From positions 512,001-576,000 of the forward strand of contig CAVOUE010000003.1 of the NCBI GenBank assembly GCA_963699545.1: a DNA stretch of 64,000 nt, written 5' to 3'. The notes beneath the pieces were generated by a model, which was not told the DNA's origin, made no database searches, and saw nothing but the letters and a program-made list of their open reading frames with translations. A program made the position numbers and the translations under genes. Below are positions 20,549 through 33,266 of the stretch, piece after piece; position 1 is the stretch's first letter, and each line of letters opens with the position of its first letter. The DNA comes from Nitrospirota bacterium (GTDB lineage: Bacteria > Nitrospirota > Thermodesulfovibrionia > Thermodesulfovibrionales > UBA9159).

Positions 20549-21106
20549 ATGTCCACGACGGAACCAAAACTCATATCACAGGCGATCGCAGAGGGAATCC
20601 GGGAACGTTTTCCCGCTGAAGTGAAAGAGATAAGGGAATTCTGCGGGCAGGTGTCCGTGGTGGTACAAAAAGGCAGACTGAAGGAAATCATGGAATATCT
20701 GCACGATACCCCCGAACTCTGCTTCAGCTACCTGAGAGACCTTTGCGGCGTCGATTACCTGGGAAAGAAGGAGCCGAGGTTTGAGGTCGTCTATCAGCTT
20801 TACTCCATCAGCCACAGGAACATGATACGTATCAGGGCCGAAGTCCCGGAAAATGACCCGACCATTGACAGCGTAGTGGGTATCTGGGATGGGGCGAACT
20901 GGCATGAGCGGGAGTGTTACGATATGTTCGGGATCCGGTTCGTGGGACACCCTGATCTCAGACGGATATTGATGCCCGAGGACTGGGAAGGGTATCCCCT
21001 GAGAAAGGACTATCCTCTGGAGAGCGATCTTGGTGATAAGGAATGGCCGGGTCTGAAGGAAATCCTTGAGCTGTCCGAGAAGAACAAGGTGTATAACGTA
21101 GGATGA
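20549..21106 (+). CDS. nuoC: NADH-quinone oxidoreductase subunit C
   Basis: [29 protein letters not shown]. Confidence 0.95.
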   Translation: MSTTEPKLISQAIAEGIRERFPAEVKEIREFCGQVSVVVQKGRLKEIMEYLHDTPELCFSYLRDLCGVDYLGKKEPRFEVVYQLYSISHRNMIRIRAEVPENDPTIDSVVGIWDGANWHERECYDMFGIRFVGHPDLRRILMPEDWEGYPLRKDYPLESDLGDKEWPGLKEILELSEKNKVYNVG

Positions 21107-22305
21107 TGACGGATAAGGGCGCCGCAGAATTACAGACAAAAGAGTTGACCATAAGCATGGGACCGCAGCATCCTGCAACCCACGGGGTGCTGAGGCTCGT
21201 CCTTGAACTGGACGGCGAGACCGTGGTGAAGTGCACTCCCTATGTGGGGTATCTCCACCGCGGCGTCGAGAAGCTCGGGGAAAACAGGACATACCTTACC
21301 GCGCTTCCCCTCACTGACAGGCTCGATTATATCGCGGCCATGGCGAACAATCAGGGATACTGCCTTGCGGTGGAGCGGCTGTTCGGGATCGAGGCTCCTG
21401 AAAGGGCAAAGTACATAAGGACCATGGTTGCAGAGATGTCGAGGATCAGCAGCCATATCCTGTGGCTCGGAACCCATGCGCTGGACATCGGGGCGATGAC
21501 CGTGTTCCTTTACGCCTTCAGGGAAAGGGAATGGATCCTGGACCTCTTTGAGATGCTCTGCGGGGCGAGGCTCACCACAAGCTATACCAGGATCGGAGGG
21601 GTCAGGAACGATGTGTCGCAGGAATTTCTCGACAGGCTCTATAAATTTACCGAGGAATTCCCCGTCGAGGATGGAGGAGTATGAGACGCTCATAGACCAG
21701 AACCGGATATGGCTAAGAGGACAAAGGGTATCGGCGTGATTGAAGCGGACGAGGCGGTAAACTGGGGACTCACCGGTCCTACGCTGAGGGGATCCGGGGT
21801 ATCGTATGATGTGAGGAAGTATTCCCCCTATGACGCATATGATAAAGTGGAGTTCGATGTTCCGGTGGGGAAAACCGGCGACGTGTACGACCGGTACCGT
21901 TGCAGGATGGAAGAGATCAGGCAGTCCAACCGGATCATACGGCAGTGCATCGAAAAGTTCCCCGAGGGCCCTGTCATGGCTCCTGACGCTCCGAAGCTTA
22001 CTCTCCCGCCCAAGAACAATGTGCTGAAGGACATGGAATCAATGATCCATCACTTCGTCCTTATCACCAAAGGACCCATGGTTGCTCCGGAGGGAGAACT
22101 CTACTCGGCGGTGGAAGCGCCGAAGGGAGAACTGGGGTTCTATTTTGTGAGTGACGGAACAGGCAGGCCTTACCGGATGAGGGTAAGGGCGCCTTCCTTT
22201 GTCCATGCCTCGGTCATCCCGAGACTGTGTGAAGGCTCCCTGATCGCTGATGTCATCGCAAACATCGGGACTATTGATATTGTGCTCGGTGAATGTGACC
22301 GATAG
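21103..22305 (+). CDS. nuoD: NADH-quinone oxidoreductase subunit D (one frameshift near 21670)
   Basis: [35 protein letters not shown]. Confidence 0.93.
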
Positions 22306-22399
22306 CAGGGGCTATTAAGACAGACGCTTTTTATCTTTGTTCTTTTTCACGCGGTGCGGCTTTTGCTGAAAATGAAGTCGGGAGATTGAGGGTTCGGGC

Positions 22400-22855
22400 G
22401 TGATAGGGAAAATTCACATTTTCGGGGATCTTGAAGGTCCGGAGGCGGGCATCATCCAGGACCTGTTGCAGTCCCGGGATTATGAGCCGAACGAGATTAT
22501 CTATAGAGAGGGAGATAAGGGCGACAGCCTGAATATCATCGAGAAAGGGAAAGTGAAGATAAACAAGATGATGGTGGAAGGCGATCAGTTCTGCATCGCA
22601 ACCCTGAAGGAGGGTGATATCTTCGGGATCATGTCCTTTCTCGACGGCAGCGCTCACGATGCGACGATTATTTCAGATCAGCAGACGCGGCTGACGGTAT
22701 TGCGGAAGCCGGACTTTGACGGACTTCTCCTGTCCGATCCGCTTGTGGCGGGCAAGGTATTGCGGCGGATCGCGATACATCTGGCATCCATTGTGAGAAA
22801 TATGAACAGTCAATATATAGACCTGATGCATCTTATGTTCAGGAAATCGAGATGA
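22400..22855 (+). CDS. stand-alone cyclic-nucleotide-binding (Crp-like, no HTH) protein
   Basis: IYREGDKGDSLNII..GKVKI, LKEGDIFGIMS, ATI. Confidence 0.85.
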   Translation: MIGKIHIFGDLEGPEAGIIQDLLQSRDYEPNEIIYREGDKGDSLNIIEKGKVKINKMMVEGDQFCIATLKEGDIFGIMSFLDGSAHDATIISDQQTRLTVLRKPDFDGLLLSDPLVAGKVLRRIAIHLASIVRNMNSQYIDLMHLMFRKSR

Positions 22856-22947
22856 TCCGGGAGCGGGGAGTGAGACCCGGGCGATTGACAAAACGGTCGC
22901 CTATCTTGTTTCATTAATGCCAATTCATATGCGGGTGAGAGGTTAGG

Positions 22948-23942
22948 ATGACGGGTGTCGTAGATACCCTTTTATACGTTGCGATTATACTGGCGAAGAT
23001 ACTGGTCGTGTTTGGAGCGATCATGCTTCACGTCGCCTACGCAACCTACTGGGAGCGGAAGATCATAGCGCATATGCAGGTGAGGCTCGGGCCCATGAAT
23101 GTCGGACCCTACGGCCTTCTCCAGCCCTTTGCGGACGGCATCAAGCTGTTCTTCAAGGAAGACATCATCCCTGCCGAATCGGACAAGCCGATATTCTATC
23201 TTGCACCGGTCATATTCTTTGTCGCAGCCCTTACGTCCCTTTCAGTGATGCCCGTTCTTCGACGGGTTTGCCATCGCCAATATCAATGTCGGGCTGCTCT
23301 TTCTCCTTGCCATGTCATCGCTTGCTCTTACGGGATCGTCATGTCCGGGTGGTCGTCGAACTCAAAATATGCTTTCCTCGGCGGACTACGGTCTGCCTCC
23401 CAGGTGATAAGCTATGAAATCGCCATGGGGCTCAGCCTTGTGGGAGTGATGATGATGGCGGGTTCGCTGAATCTTACGGATATCGTCAGGGCACAGGAAC
23501 GATATCCCTTCGGTATGTTTTGATCCCCCAGATTATCGGATTCTTTGTCTCACGATTGCCGTCATTGCTGAGACCAACAGGTCGCCCTTTGACCTGCCGG
23601 AGGCTGAGAGCGAACTGGTGGCAGGCTACTTCGTCGAATACAGCGGGTTGCGTTTCGCTCTCTTCTTTCTGGCGGAGTACACGGGAATGCTCATTATGTC
23701 CTCGATGGGCATCGTCTGTTTCCTGGGTGGATGGAGCGGGCCGTTCAATATACCCAATGTACCCTTTGCCTGGTTTTTCTTGAAGCTCTATGTCTTCATG
23801 TTCATTTATTACTGGGTGCGGGCTACGCTGCCGAGATACCGGTATGACCAGCTCATGGCATTGGATGGAAGCTGCTGATACCCCTCGCATTGTCAACATC
23901 GTGATAACCGGAATTTTGAAGATTACCAAGGTGCTGCTATGA
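22948..23942 (+). CDS. nuoH: NADH-quinone oxidoreductase subunit H (frameshifted)
   Basis: [51 protein letters not shown]. Confidence 0.92.
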
Positions 23943-24482
23943 CATTCCGGAAACTTGTAAGAACGGTATTTCTCACGGAGATCATCAAGGGCATGGCGCT
24001 TACGCTCAAAATGTTGTTCACCCGCCCTGTAACACGGCGGTATCCAAAGGTGAAAAGGCCGGTGATGCCGGGATTCAGAGGGCTCCATGCTCTTGTGAGG
24101 GATCAGCAGACGGAGAGGCGCAATGCGTGGGCTGCGGTCTCTGCGGCGCCATACTGCCCCTCACAGTGCATCTATATTTATACCGCGGACAGTCAGGACC
24201 ACAAAAAGGTTGTGGACAGGTACGAAATAGAGGTGCTCCGGTGCGTCTTCTGCGGCTTGTGTGTAGAGGCCTGTCCGTATTCCGCGTCATACTTAGCGAG
24301 CACTACGAATATCCGGTTATTCCAGGGAGGCGTTCTACATGACCAAGGAGAAGCTGCTCGATAACTGGGACAAGTATTTGGGGTGGGAAAAGAACGTGGA
24401 GTATTACAAGAAGTTCTGGCACCCTAAGTCAGAGGACTTCGGCTTTCCCAGGAACCAGGCGATGTTCAGCAAGGTGAAGTGA
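23939..24482 (+). CDS. nuoI: NADH-quinone oxidoreductase subunit I (frameshifted)
   Basis: VTRRYP, FRGLH, CVGCGLC and RCVFCGLCVEACP. Confidence 0.9.
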
Positions 24483-24497
24483 AGACAAGGAATGACG

Positions 24498-25011
24498 ATG
24501 CTGACCGGAACTGTTCTTTTGACCTTGCCGTAGTGATCAGCTTTCTGTCGGTGCTTGTGGTCACCAGGAAGAACCCGGTGCACAGCGTGATGTGGATGCT
24601 CCTCCTCTTTTTCCATATTGCAGGCCTCTATCTGTTTTTGAACGCGGAGTTTATAGCGGCGATACAGGTGATCGTGTATGCAGGCGCCATCCTTGTGCTC
24701 TTCCTTTTCGTTGTGCTTCTGCTTAATCTGAAGGAAGAGCAGTGGCGAGGAGGTATGTCGGGACCGTGGCCTCTGCGGCTCATGGCTGCCGTGGGATTGT
24801 TTCTGGTCATTATCGTTTCCCTGAAGTCCTTTGTTGCCGGGCCCAAAGGCTCCTTTACCAACGAAGCGATAAAGGCTGCGACGAACACGAAGGTGCTGGG
24901 GAAGCTTCTCTATACGGAATATCCTGTTCCCCTTTGAGATAGCTTCGCTGATACTGCTCGTGGCTGTGATAGGCGCGATAGTCCTTGCAAAGAAGAAAGC
25001 TGAGGAGTTAG
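24498..25011 (+). CDS. nuoJ: NADH-quinone oxidoreductase subunit J (frameshifted, ends approximate)
   Basis: NPVHS, AEFIAAIQVIVYAGAILVLFLFVV. Confidence 0.88.
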
Positions 25012-25014
25012 AAA

Positions 25015-25341
25015 ATGGTCCCTTTGCACTGGTATTTGATGCTGAGCGCCGCGGTCTTCATGATCGGCATGTTCGGGTTTCTCACGAGGAAGAATATTAT
25101 CATCATGTTCATGTCCGTAGAGCTGATGCTCAACGCGGTCAATATAAGCCTTATCTCATTCAGCCACTACCTGCAGGACATGAGGGGACAGATACTCGTC
25201 TTCTTTGTCATCACGGTGGCTGCGGCCGAGGCAGCCATAGGTCTTGCGATAATCATAGCGCTCTTCAGGAACAAGCAGACAGCGCATGTCAATGAAGATG
25301 AACGAGATGAAGGGATGAGACAGAGTGACAAGTCGGAATGA
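25015..25341 (+). CDS. nuoK: NADH-quinone oxidoreductase subunit K
   Basis: [21 protein letters not shown]; the C-terminus is probably shifted. Confidence 0.92.
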   Translation: MVPLHWYLMLSAAVFMIGMFGFLTRKNIIIMFMSVELMLNAVNISLISFSHYLQDMRGQILVFFVITVAAAEAAIGLAIIIALFRNKQTAHVNEDERDEGMRQSDKSE

Positions 25342-25363
25342 CCGGTAGGCAGGAAGGAAAAAC

Positions 25364-27299
25364 ATGCATAATTATCTCTTAATACCGTTTTTGCCGCTTG
25401 CTGCATTTTTGATAAATATCCTCTTCGGCAGGAACTTTATAAAGGACAAGGCCCACTGGGTCTCGATCCTTGCGGTCGGCGGTTCCTGGGTCGTTGCGGT
25501 CATGACCCTCATGGATGTGCTTCGGGGAAAGACCCTCAACGAGGACCTCTATACCTGGATCAGCCTCAGGCACCTTCAAGGTGTCGGTCGGCTTCCTCAT
25601 AGACCAGCTTACAGCGGTGATGCTCGATCGTGGTCACCACCTGCAGCACGCTCATCCATATTTACTCTATCGGTTATATGCACGGCGACAACGGCTATTA
25701 CCGGTTCTTTGCATACCTGAGCCTCTTCACGTTCTCGATGCTTATGCTGGTCATGGCCAACAACTTTCATGCAGCTCTATTTCGGCTGGGAAGGCGTGGG
25801 TCTCTGCTCCTATTTCCTTATCGGATATTACTTCAACAAGAAATCCGCATCCGATGCAGGCAAGAAGGCCTTTATCGTCAACAGGTTCGGCGACTTCGGC
25901 TTTGGTCTCGGCATTATTATAATATTCCTGACCTTCGGCAGTGTTTATTACGTGCCGGTCTTTGGACAGGCAGCGCCTTTTGCGGCACAGAGCATAAACT
26001 TCCTCGGCTATGATCGTGCACTTTGATCTCGTCACTGATCGCGCTTCTGCTCTTCTGCGGCGCGGTCGGCAAGTCCGCACAGATGCCGCTCCATGTCTGG
26101 CTGCCTGATGCGATGGAAGGCCCGACCCCTGTCAGCGCACTCATCCATGCAGCGACAATGGTGACTGCCGGCGTGTTTCTGGTCGCCCGCTGCAGTCCGA
26201 TCTTCAACCTTGCTCCCTACAGTTCTATGACGTCGTGGCTCTGACCGGCGCGATAACCTCGCTTTTTGCAGCAACCATAGGCCTTGTGCAGAACGATATA
26301 AAGAGGATCATCGCCTACTCAACGATCAGCCAGCTTGGATATATGTTCCTTGCCTGCGGGGTGGGCGCATACAGCGCTGGCGTTTTCCATCTTTACACCC
26401 ATGCCTTCTTCAAGGCCCTTCTCTTCCTCTGCGCAGGAAGCGTGATGCACGCCATGGCAGGAGAACTCGATCTTCAGAAGATGGGCGGACTGAAAAAGTA
26501 CATGCCGGTGACATACTGGACGATGCTCCTCGCTTCACTGAGCATCTCGGGAGTCCCCGGGTTTGCCGGCTTCTTCAGCAAGGACGAGATACTCTGGCTC
26601 GCCTATTCAGGCCCGAGTCCGGTAGGCAAGTTCGTCTGGGCCATAGGCACCCTCGTGGCGTTTCTTACCGCCTTTTATTCCTTCAGGCTTATATTCCTCA
26701 CCTTCCACGGAAAGTTCCGCGGCACCCATGAGCAGGAACATCATCTCCATGAGTCCCCGAAGAGTATGACGGTTCCTCTCATGCTCCTCTGTGTCGGTGC
26801 GGTCGCCTCCGGCTGGGTCGGGATACCCTATCTGCTTGGAGGCGGGGCCCACTTCACGGAGTTTATGAAGCCGGTGCTGGGACATCCTGGAAGGCCACGG
26901 AACACATTCCGAGGAATGGATGGTAATGGCGATCTCGGTAGCTGCCGGTTTCTCCGGCATCGGGCTTGCTGCATTTTTCTATCTCTGAGGCCGAGATCTC
27001 CCGGCGAAACTCGCACAGCAGTTCAGCGTCGTCCATAAGGTCCTTTTCAATAAATACTATGTTGACGAACTCTACAGCTTTATTCATTATCAGGCCGACT
27101 ATCTGGGTGGCGAAGAACGTCCTGATAGGCATTACTGACAGAGGATCATAGAGGCGATTGTAAATGGCGTTCCGGCGGCCATCGGGGGCGTTCAGCCAGC
27201 TGTTGAGGAAGATGCAGACAGGCATTTACTCAACATTACGCGACGATTATGGCAACGGGCGCACTGATTATTGTGGCGCTGATGTGCTATGTAGAGTAG
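25364..27299 (+). CDS. nuoL: NADH-quinone oxidoreductase subunit L (multiple frameshifts, end approximate)
   Basis: [54 protein letters not shown]. Confidence 0.9.
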
Positions 27300-27321
27300 G
27301 GAGCATAGATTGGAACAGGCA

Positions 27322-28841
27322 ATGACGAACAGCCTGGGATTCCCGATACTCAGCACCCTGATATTCCTGCCGGTCGCCGGTGCGGCCCTTCTCCTTCTGA
27401 TAGACAGGAGCCAGGAGAGCGTTGATCAAAATGGGTGGCCTTGTCGTGAGCATATAACATTTTCCTTTCCTCCCCCTGTTTACCAATTTCGACAAGACAA
27501 CCCATCTCATGCAGTTTACTGAGAGGCATGCGTGGATACCTGCATGGAACATCAACTATTCACTCGGTCTTGACGGCATCAGCGTGCTCTTTGTGCTGCT
27601 CTCGACGCTGGTCACCATCCTCTGTATCCTCATCTCCTGGAATTCGATAAAGATGAAGATAAAGGAGTTTTACATCTCCATCCTGATGCTGGAAGGGGCG
27701 ATGATCGGCGTCTTCTGCGTCCCTTGATTTCTTGCTCTTCTATATCTTCTGGGAGGCGATGCTCATCCCGATGTATCTGCTTATCGGCGTCTGGGGAGGG
27801 CCCAACAGGATATATGCAGCCGTAAAGTTTTTCCTCTATACCCTTGTCGGAAGCGTACTGATGCTGGTCGGCATCATCGTGCTTTACTTTTATGCGGGCA
27901 GGACATTCGACATTCTCGAACTCATGACCAAGACCTATCCCTATCAGATGCAGTTCTGGCTCTTCTGGGCCTTCTTTGCGGCCTTTGCCGTGAAGGTGCC
28001 GATGTTCCCTGTACATACCTGGCTTCCTGATGCACATACCGAGGCGCCTACCGCAGGCAGCGTCGTACTTGCCGCAGTGCTGATCAAGATGGGCGCATAT
28101 GGTTTCCTGAGGTTCTCTATGCCGATACTTCCCGGAGGCCTCAAAGGCCATGACGCCCATGCTGATCCTTTCGGTTATCGCCATCATCTACGGCGGCAGT
28201 GATATGTCTTGCGCAGACAGATCTCAAAAGGCTGATCGCCTACAGTTCGGTGAGCCATATGGGGTTTGTGACCTTGGGCATCTTTGCACTGAATATGCAG
28301 GGCATGGAAGGCGGCATACTCCAGATGATCAACCACGGCATTGTGACCGGCGCGCTCTTCCTTAGCGTCGGGGATAGTTTACGACAGGACCCATACACGG
28401 CAGATAGCTGATTACGGCGGCGTTGCATCGGTGATGCCTGTATATGCGACGATGTTTATGGTGTTTACCCTTGCCTCGATCGGGCTTCCCGCAACGAACG
28501 GGTTTATCGGGGAGTTCCTGATCATCCTGGGCGGATTTACCGCGAGCCAGCTGGCGGGCGTGCTTTCGGCAACGGGAATTATCATCGGCGCCGGATACAT
28601 GCTCTGGCTCTACCAGAGGGTATTCTTCATGGAGACGAACCCGAAGGTCAGCGGTCTTCAGGACATGGATGCCAGGGAGATCATGACCCTTCTGCCCATG
28701 GTGATCCTGATATTCTGGATCGGCATCTATCCGGATACCTTCCTCGGTTTCATGCACGCATCAGTTGAGCATCTTCTGGAGCGTGTGAACACAGGAGCGG
28801 ACAGGCAATGGCCACTGCCAGGAAGGTTATGGAGATACTGA
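27322..28841 (+). CDS. nuoM: NADH-quinone oxidoreductase subunit M (multiple frameshifts)
   Basis: [47 protein letters not shown]. Confidence 0.9.
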
Positions 28842-28868
28842 AATGAAAGTCACGCCGGGGCAGGATGA

Positions 28869-30316
28869 ATGAAGATGGAGGTTGTGATGCAGATGCCTGA
28901 TATATCACCTGTGATGCCTGAAATCGTCATGACGTGTCTGGCCCTCGCAGTCCTTATGGCGGACCTCTTCATAAAGAGGAAAGAGACGATCGCCCTGCTG
29001 AGCATCATAAGCGTAGGTGTTGTGGCGTATCTGCTGCGTCGGATTCATCGGGGACCGACTTTCAACGGCATGTACATCTCGGACGGCTACAGCACCTTCT
29101 TCAAGCTTATCTTTCTCATGAACGTGATACTCACCGTCCTCATCTCGATTAAATATATCGAGATCGAGAAGGTGAATTTCGGGGAATATTACAGCCTCAT
29201 ACTTTTTGCGACCCTGGGCATGATGCTTATGGCATCTGCAGGTGACCTGATTGTTCTGTACCTCGGCCTTGAGCTGATGGCGTTGAGCACCTATGTGCTT
29301 GCAGGGTTTTTCCGTACGACACAAGGTCCAACGAGGCTGCCATGAAGTATTTCCTCCTCGGCGCCTTTGCCTCGGCCTTTCTGCTCTACGGCACGTCCAT
29401 GATATACGGTCTTACCGGCACTACGAACCTCAAGGCCATTGCGCAGTATCATCGTGGAGCACGGACTGGCCGCGAACCCCGTCGCTGATGCTTTCGATGA
29501 TCCTCTTTGCGGTGGCATTCTCCTTTAAGATTGCAGCAGTACCTTTCCATATGTGGGCCCCTGACGCGTATGAAGGCGCACCTACATCCATTACGGCCTT
29601 TATGTCTGTCGGACCCAAGGCAGCCGGTTTTGCGGTCCTGGGGAGGGTGTTCATGATCGCCTTCGGCTCATTTCAAGATAGAGTGGGCGGCATACTTGAT
29701 CCCGATCGCCATCCTCACCATGGCTGTGGGAAATATTGTTGCCCTTTCGCAGACGAACATAAAGAGAATGCTCGCCTATTCATCGATCGCCCATGCGGGG
29801 TATGCGCTCATCGGCATCATCGCAGGCACAGCCGACGGTATGGCGAGCGTGATGAACTATATGCTTATCTATGCCTTTATGAACATCGGGCGCCTTTGCT
29901 GTTAGTGATCATGCTCAGGATCAGAGGGCTTCAAAGGGGACAATATCACCGACTATGAGGGCCTTTCGAAGACCCATCCGCTGGCTGCGGCACTTATGCT
30001 GGTATTCATGTTCTCCCTCACCGGAATCCCTCCGACAGCCGGTTTTATGGGCAAGTTCTATATCTTCATGAGCGCCATCAATGCGGGATATACCTGGCTC
30101 GTCATCGTGGCGGTCATGTTCAGCGCCATATCCGCTTACTTCTATCTCAGGATCGTCATGTACATGTACATGAAAGAACCCAGGGCCGAGGTTGCCCTTT
30201 CCACGTCAGCGTCCACCAATCTTGCTCTGGCAGTGACGGTGCTGGCTGTTCTGATTATCGGCGTGCTTCCTTCCGGCGTTATCGAGATGGCCCGCGCAGC
30301 AGTAATGTCGTTTTAG
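28869..30316 (+). CDS. nuoN: NADH-quinone oxidoreductase subunit N (multiple frameshifts)
   Basis: [50 protein letters not shown]. Confidence 0.9.
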
Positions 30317-31722
30317 CTCAGCTTTGCGGCTGCAAATTCCTTGACAAGACGGGCCTTTCGTGCAATTTTCGCCTTGATGCCGGTTTCCAGCGCCTGATCC
30401 AGAACCTCCACTATTTTGTCAGCGATGCTCTCGTCTATAATCAAGGGCGGAAAAAGCCCCAGGACGTTATCAGCGGGATAGAGAAGTAGACCGAGTATCG
30501 CAATATCGACCGTGATGTCGAATGTATTCTTTTTGTCCAACGCTCCTTTCTTTTGCCGGTCTTCGACCAGCTCAATGCCGAGCATGAGGCCCCTTCCCCG
30601 GACCTCGCCGATGATTTTGCGACTGTTCATCAGATCCTTGAGACGGGACTTCAGATAAGATCCCACTCTGGCAGCATTCTCAGGGATCTTCTCCCGGATG
30701 ATAATGTCGATATTCCTGAGCGCTACCGCCGCACAGACGGGATGTCCGCTTGCCGTCGGTCCATAATCAAACCGTTTCCCTTCCCCATTAAAACGCTGAC
30801 ATATTTCATCGGTAGCCAGGGTCGCTGCCAGTGGCAGGTAACCACTGGTGATCGCTTTGCTGAGACACAGGATGTCGGGCCCGGGATTCCAGTCCTCACT
30901 CATAAAAAGTTTGCCTGTACGTCCGAACCCGGTGGTCACTTCGTCGGCGATGAAAAGCAATCCACGGCGACGACAAATCTCCCCGACACGCTTATAATAC
31001 TCTTCCGGAGGATCAATGATACCGAGGACGCCCATGATGGGTTCCAGAATGAAGGCAGCTACGGTTCTCTCACCTTCCGATCGTATGGTTTTCTCCAGCG
31101 CATCTGCACACGCTAACCCGCACCCGGGATAACTTTTCTTCTTGAACGGGCAACGATAACAATACGGCGGCTCAATCTGGATGAATCCGGGGACGAGGGG
31201 GCCGACCTTGGTTTCGTTACTGGCCAGGCCAGCCGTGCTCATTGCACCGTAGGAGACACCATGATAGGAACCTCGCAGCGAGATTATCTTGTATCGGGAA
31301 TGATCTTTTTTCTTCGGGCTCTGCCTATGGTACTGTCTTGACATCATAAGAGCGGCCTCGACAGCATCGGAACCGTTCGAAGACAGAAAGACATGCTCAA
31401 AATTCCCCGACGTTATTTCAACTAATTTCGCAGCCAGCTCAATGGCCTTTGGATGGACTTGCCGAAAGCAGGATGCATACGCCAGTTCACGCATCTGCTT
31501 TGCTGCCGCTTCCACAAGCTCCTCCCGGCCGTGTCCGATTGCGACATTCCAGAGCGAGGACATGCCGTTGATGAAGCGATTCCCCCGTTCATTGAAGATA
31601 TAGGGTCCTTCTCCGCGCGTGATAACGATGGGGCCGATCCCGAGCAAGGGAAGGAATTCGTCCATGGAAGTAAAGGGGTTCCATAGATGGTAGGGCATGC
31701 CGTGATATTTTTTTGCCGTCAT
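30313..31722 (-). CDS. class III (omega-amine/BioA-like) aminotransferase
   Basis: SSLWNVAIGHG, GSDAVEAA, SYHG, IADEVTTGFGRTG, SKAITSGY. Confidence 0.92.
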   Translation of the reverse strand: MTAKKYHGMPYHLWNPFTSMDEFLPLLGIGPIVITRGEGPYIFNERGNRFINGMSSLWNVAIGHGREELVEAAAKQMRELAYASCFRQVHPKAIELAAKLVEITSGNFEHVFLSSNGSDAVEAALMMSRQYHRQSPKKKDHSRYKIISLRGSYHGVSYGAMSTAGLASNETKVGPLVPGFIQIEPPYCYRCPFKKKSYPGCGLACADALEKTIRSEGERTVAAFILEPIMGVLGIIDPPEEYYKRVGEICRRRGLLFIADEVTTGFGRTGKLFMSEDWNPGPDILCLSKAITSGYLPLAATLATDEICQRFNGEGKRFDYGPTASGHPVCAAVALRNIDIIIREKIPENAARVGSYLKSRLKDLMNSRKIIGEVRGRGLMLGIELVEDRQKKGALDKKNTFDITVDIAILGLLLYPADNVLGLFPPLIIDESIADKIVEVLDQALETGIKAKIARKARLVKEFAAAKLS

Positions 31723-31756
31723 GTTCTCACCCCCAAAACCTTAGTTCTCTTAATAA

Positions 31757-33025
31757 TCACTTTCCCTTAACGTAATAGCATCTTAGCTTGTTGCCCTGCT
31801 CAGTCTCCCCAAGGCAGCGGTTGCACGACACGCATTGTGCCGGTTTCAGGTCACCACTTGACCACCTGTTCGGCAGGCCGGGTTCACGGACCAGAGGTCG
31901 TGCCATGGATACAAAGTCTGCGGAGCCTGATTCAATAATCCTCTCTGCCGTTTCAGGACTGCGGACGCCACCCACAAGGATGAGAGGGATATTCAGTATA
32001 GGCCTCAGTTTTTCGGCATAGGGAAGAAAGTATGCTTCGTGAAACGGCAAGAAGAGCTTCTCTGCACCGAGGACGAACTTGAAGTACATTTTTGTTAAAA
32101 TGCTGCGGTCCCGTGCGATGATATCGGCAAAACTGTCTCCCCGCATCATACCAAGCGCCATCTCATTAATCCCGCCGCTGATTTCGACCGCATCAAGTCC
32201 GAGTTCAGCGAGACGCCTGGCTGCGGGAAAACTGTCGCTGGGCGTTGTTCCGAAGGGAACAAGGTCACTGATGTTCAGCTTGTAAAAAACTCCAAAATCC
32301 GCTCCGACGGCCTTCCGCACAGCATTATAGACTTCTGCAAGGAAACGAAACCTGCGCTCAAAATCGCCGCCCCACTCATCCCGCCTGCGATTTGTCAAGG
32401 GCGACAGAAAGCTCGAGATGAGATACCCGTGTGCGCCGTGAATCTGGACCGCGTCAAAGCCTGCCTCTTTAACGCGGGCAGCGGCATCTCCGAAGTCCTG
32501 TATCGTCCGGAGGATTTCCGCCTCAGTCATCCGCCTGGGCATGGTGAAATAAACGAGATCAGGGGTCGCTGAAGGAGCCACAGATTTGCGGCCTCCCAGT
32601 GCCCGGGCCTTTATCTGTCTGCCGCCGTGTGCGATCTGCATGGCGATCGTGCCACCCAGTTCATGCACCCCATCGGTGATCCTGCGCCATTCCGGGACTG
32701 CCCTGTCTATATGAATTCCGCTCTGCAACGGAAAGGACTGGCCGGTTTTGTTCACATAGGCATAGCCGGTGATGATCAGACCTGTGCCTCCCTGGGCCAA
32801 ACGCCCATAGAACAGCCGGGTCTCATCAGTGGGCAGCCCTTCCAGCGTTGCCATGTTCTCAAGAGTGGCAGACTTGATGACGCGGTTTTTCAAGGCGATT
32901 CCCTTGAGAGTAAAAGGGGTGAACAGTTTCAATGTGTTATCTCCTCTCCTTTGTGCGGGTAGCTGGCCCTCATGATGACCGAAGAGTGAACGCGCGCGTG
33001 AAATAAAAAGACACGACGCTTGCAT
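31757..33025 (-). CDS. NADH:flavin oxidoreductase (old yellow enzyme family)
   Basis: LKNRVIKSAT, QIAHGG, GFDAVQIHGAHGYL, CVSCNRC; true start probably about 32933. Confidence 0.9.
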   Translation of the reverse strand: MQASCLFISRARSLFGHHEGQLPAQRRGDNTLKLFTPFTLKGIALKNRVIKSATLENMATLEGLPTDETRLFYGRLAQGGTGLIITGYAYVNKTGQSFPLQSGIHIDRAVPEWRRITDGVHELGGTIAMQIAHGGRQIKARALGGRKSVAPSATPDLVYFTMPRRMTEAEILRTIQDFGDAAARVKEAGFDAVQIHGAHGYLISSFLSPLTNRRRDEWGGDFERRFRFLAEVYNAVRKAVGADFGVFYKLNISDLVPFGTTPSDSFPAARRLAELGLDAVEISGGINEMALGMMRGDSFADIIARDRSILTKMYFKFVLGAEKLFLPFHEAYFLPYAEKLRPILNIPLILVGGVRSPETAERIIESGSADFVSMARPLVREPGLPNRWSSGDLKPAQCVSCNRCLGETEQGNKLRCYYVKGK

Positions 33026-33266
33026 CAGAAATGGTCTTACCGAAAATTATCCCCCTTAATCGCATTCTATAACAAGGACAGGCGGTATGCAAGAACTCTC
33101 TTTCTCCATGACTTTTTTACAGGTCTCTGGTAAACTTTCATGAAAATACAAACAGGGATCAGGGGACCCAGGATTCAAGTGTTTGACTTTGCAAGAAATG
33201 CCTAAGCCCAAGGCCTTTATTCCTCAATCACCCGACCCCTCGAATCCTTGCAGCCTTATATCGAAT

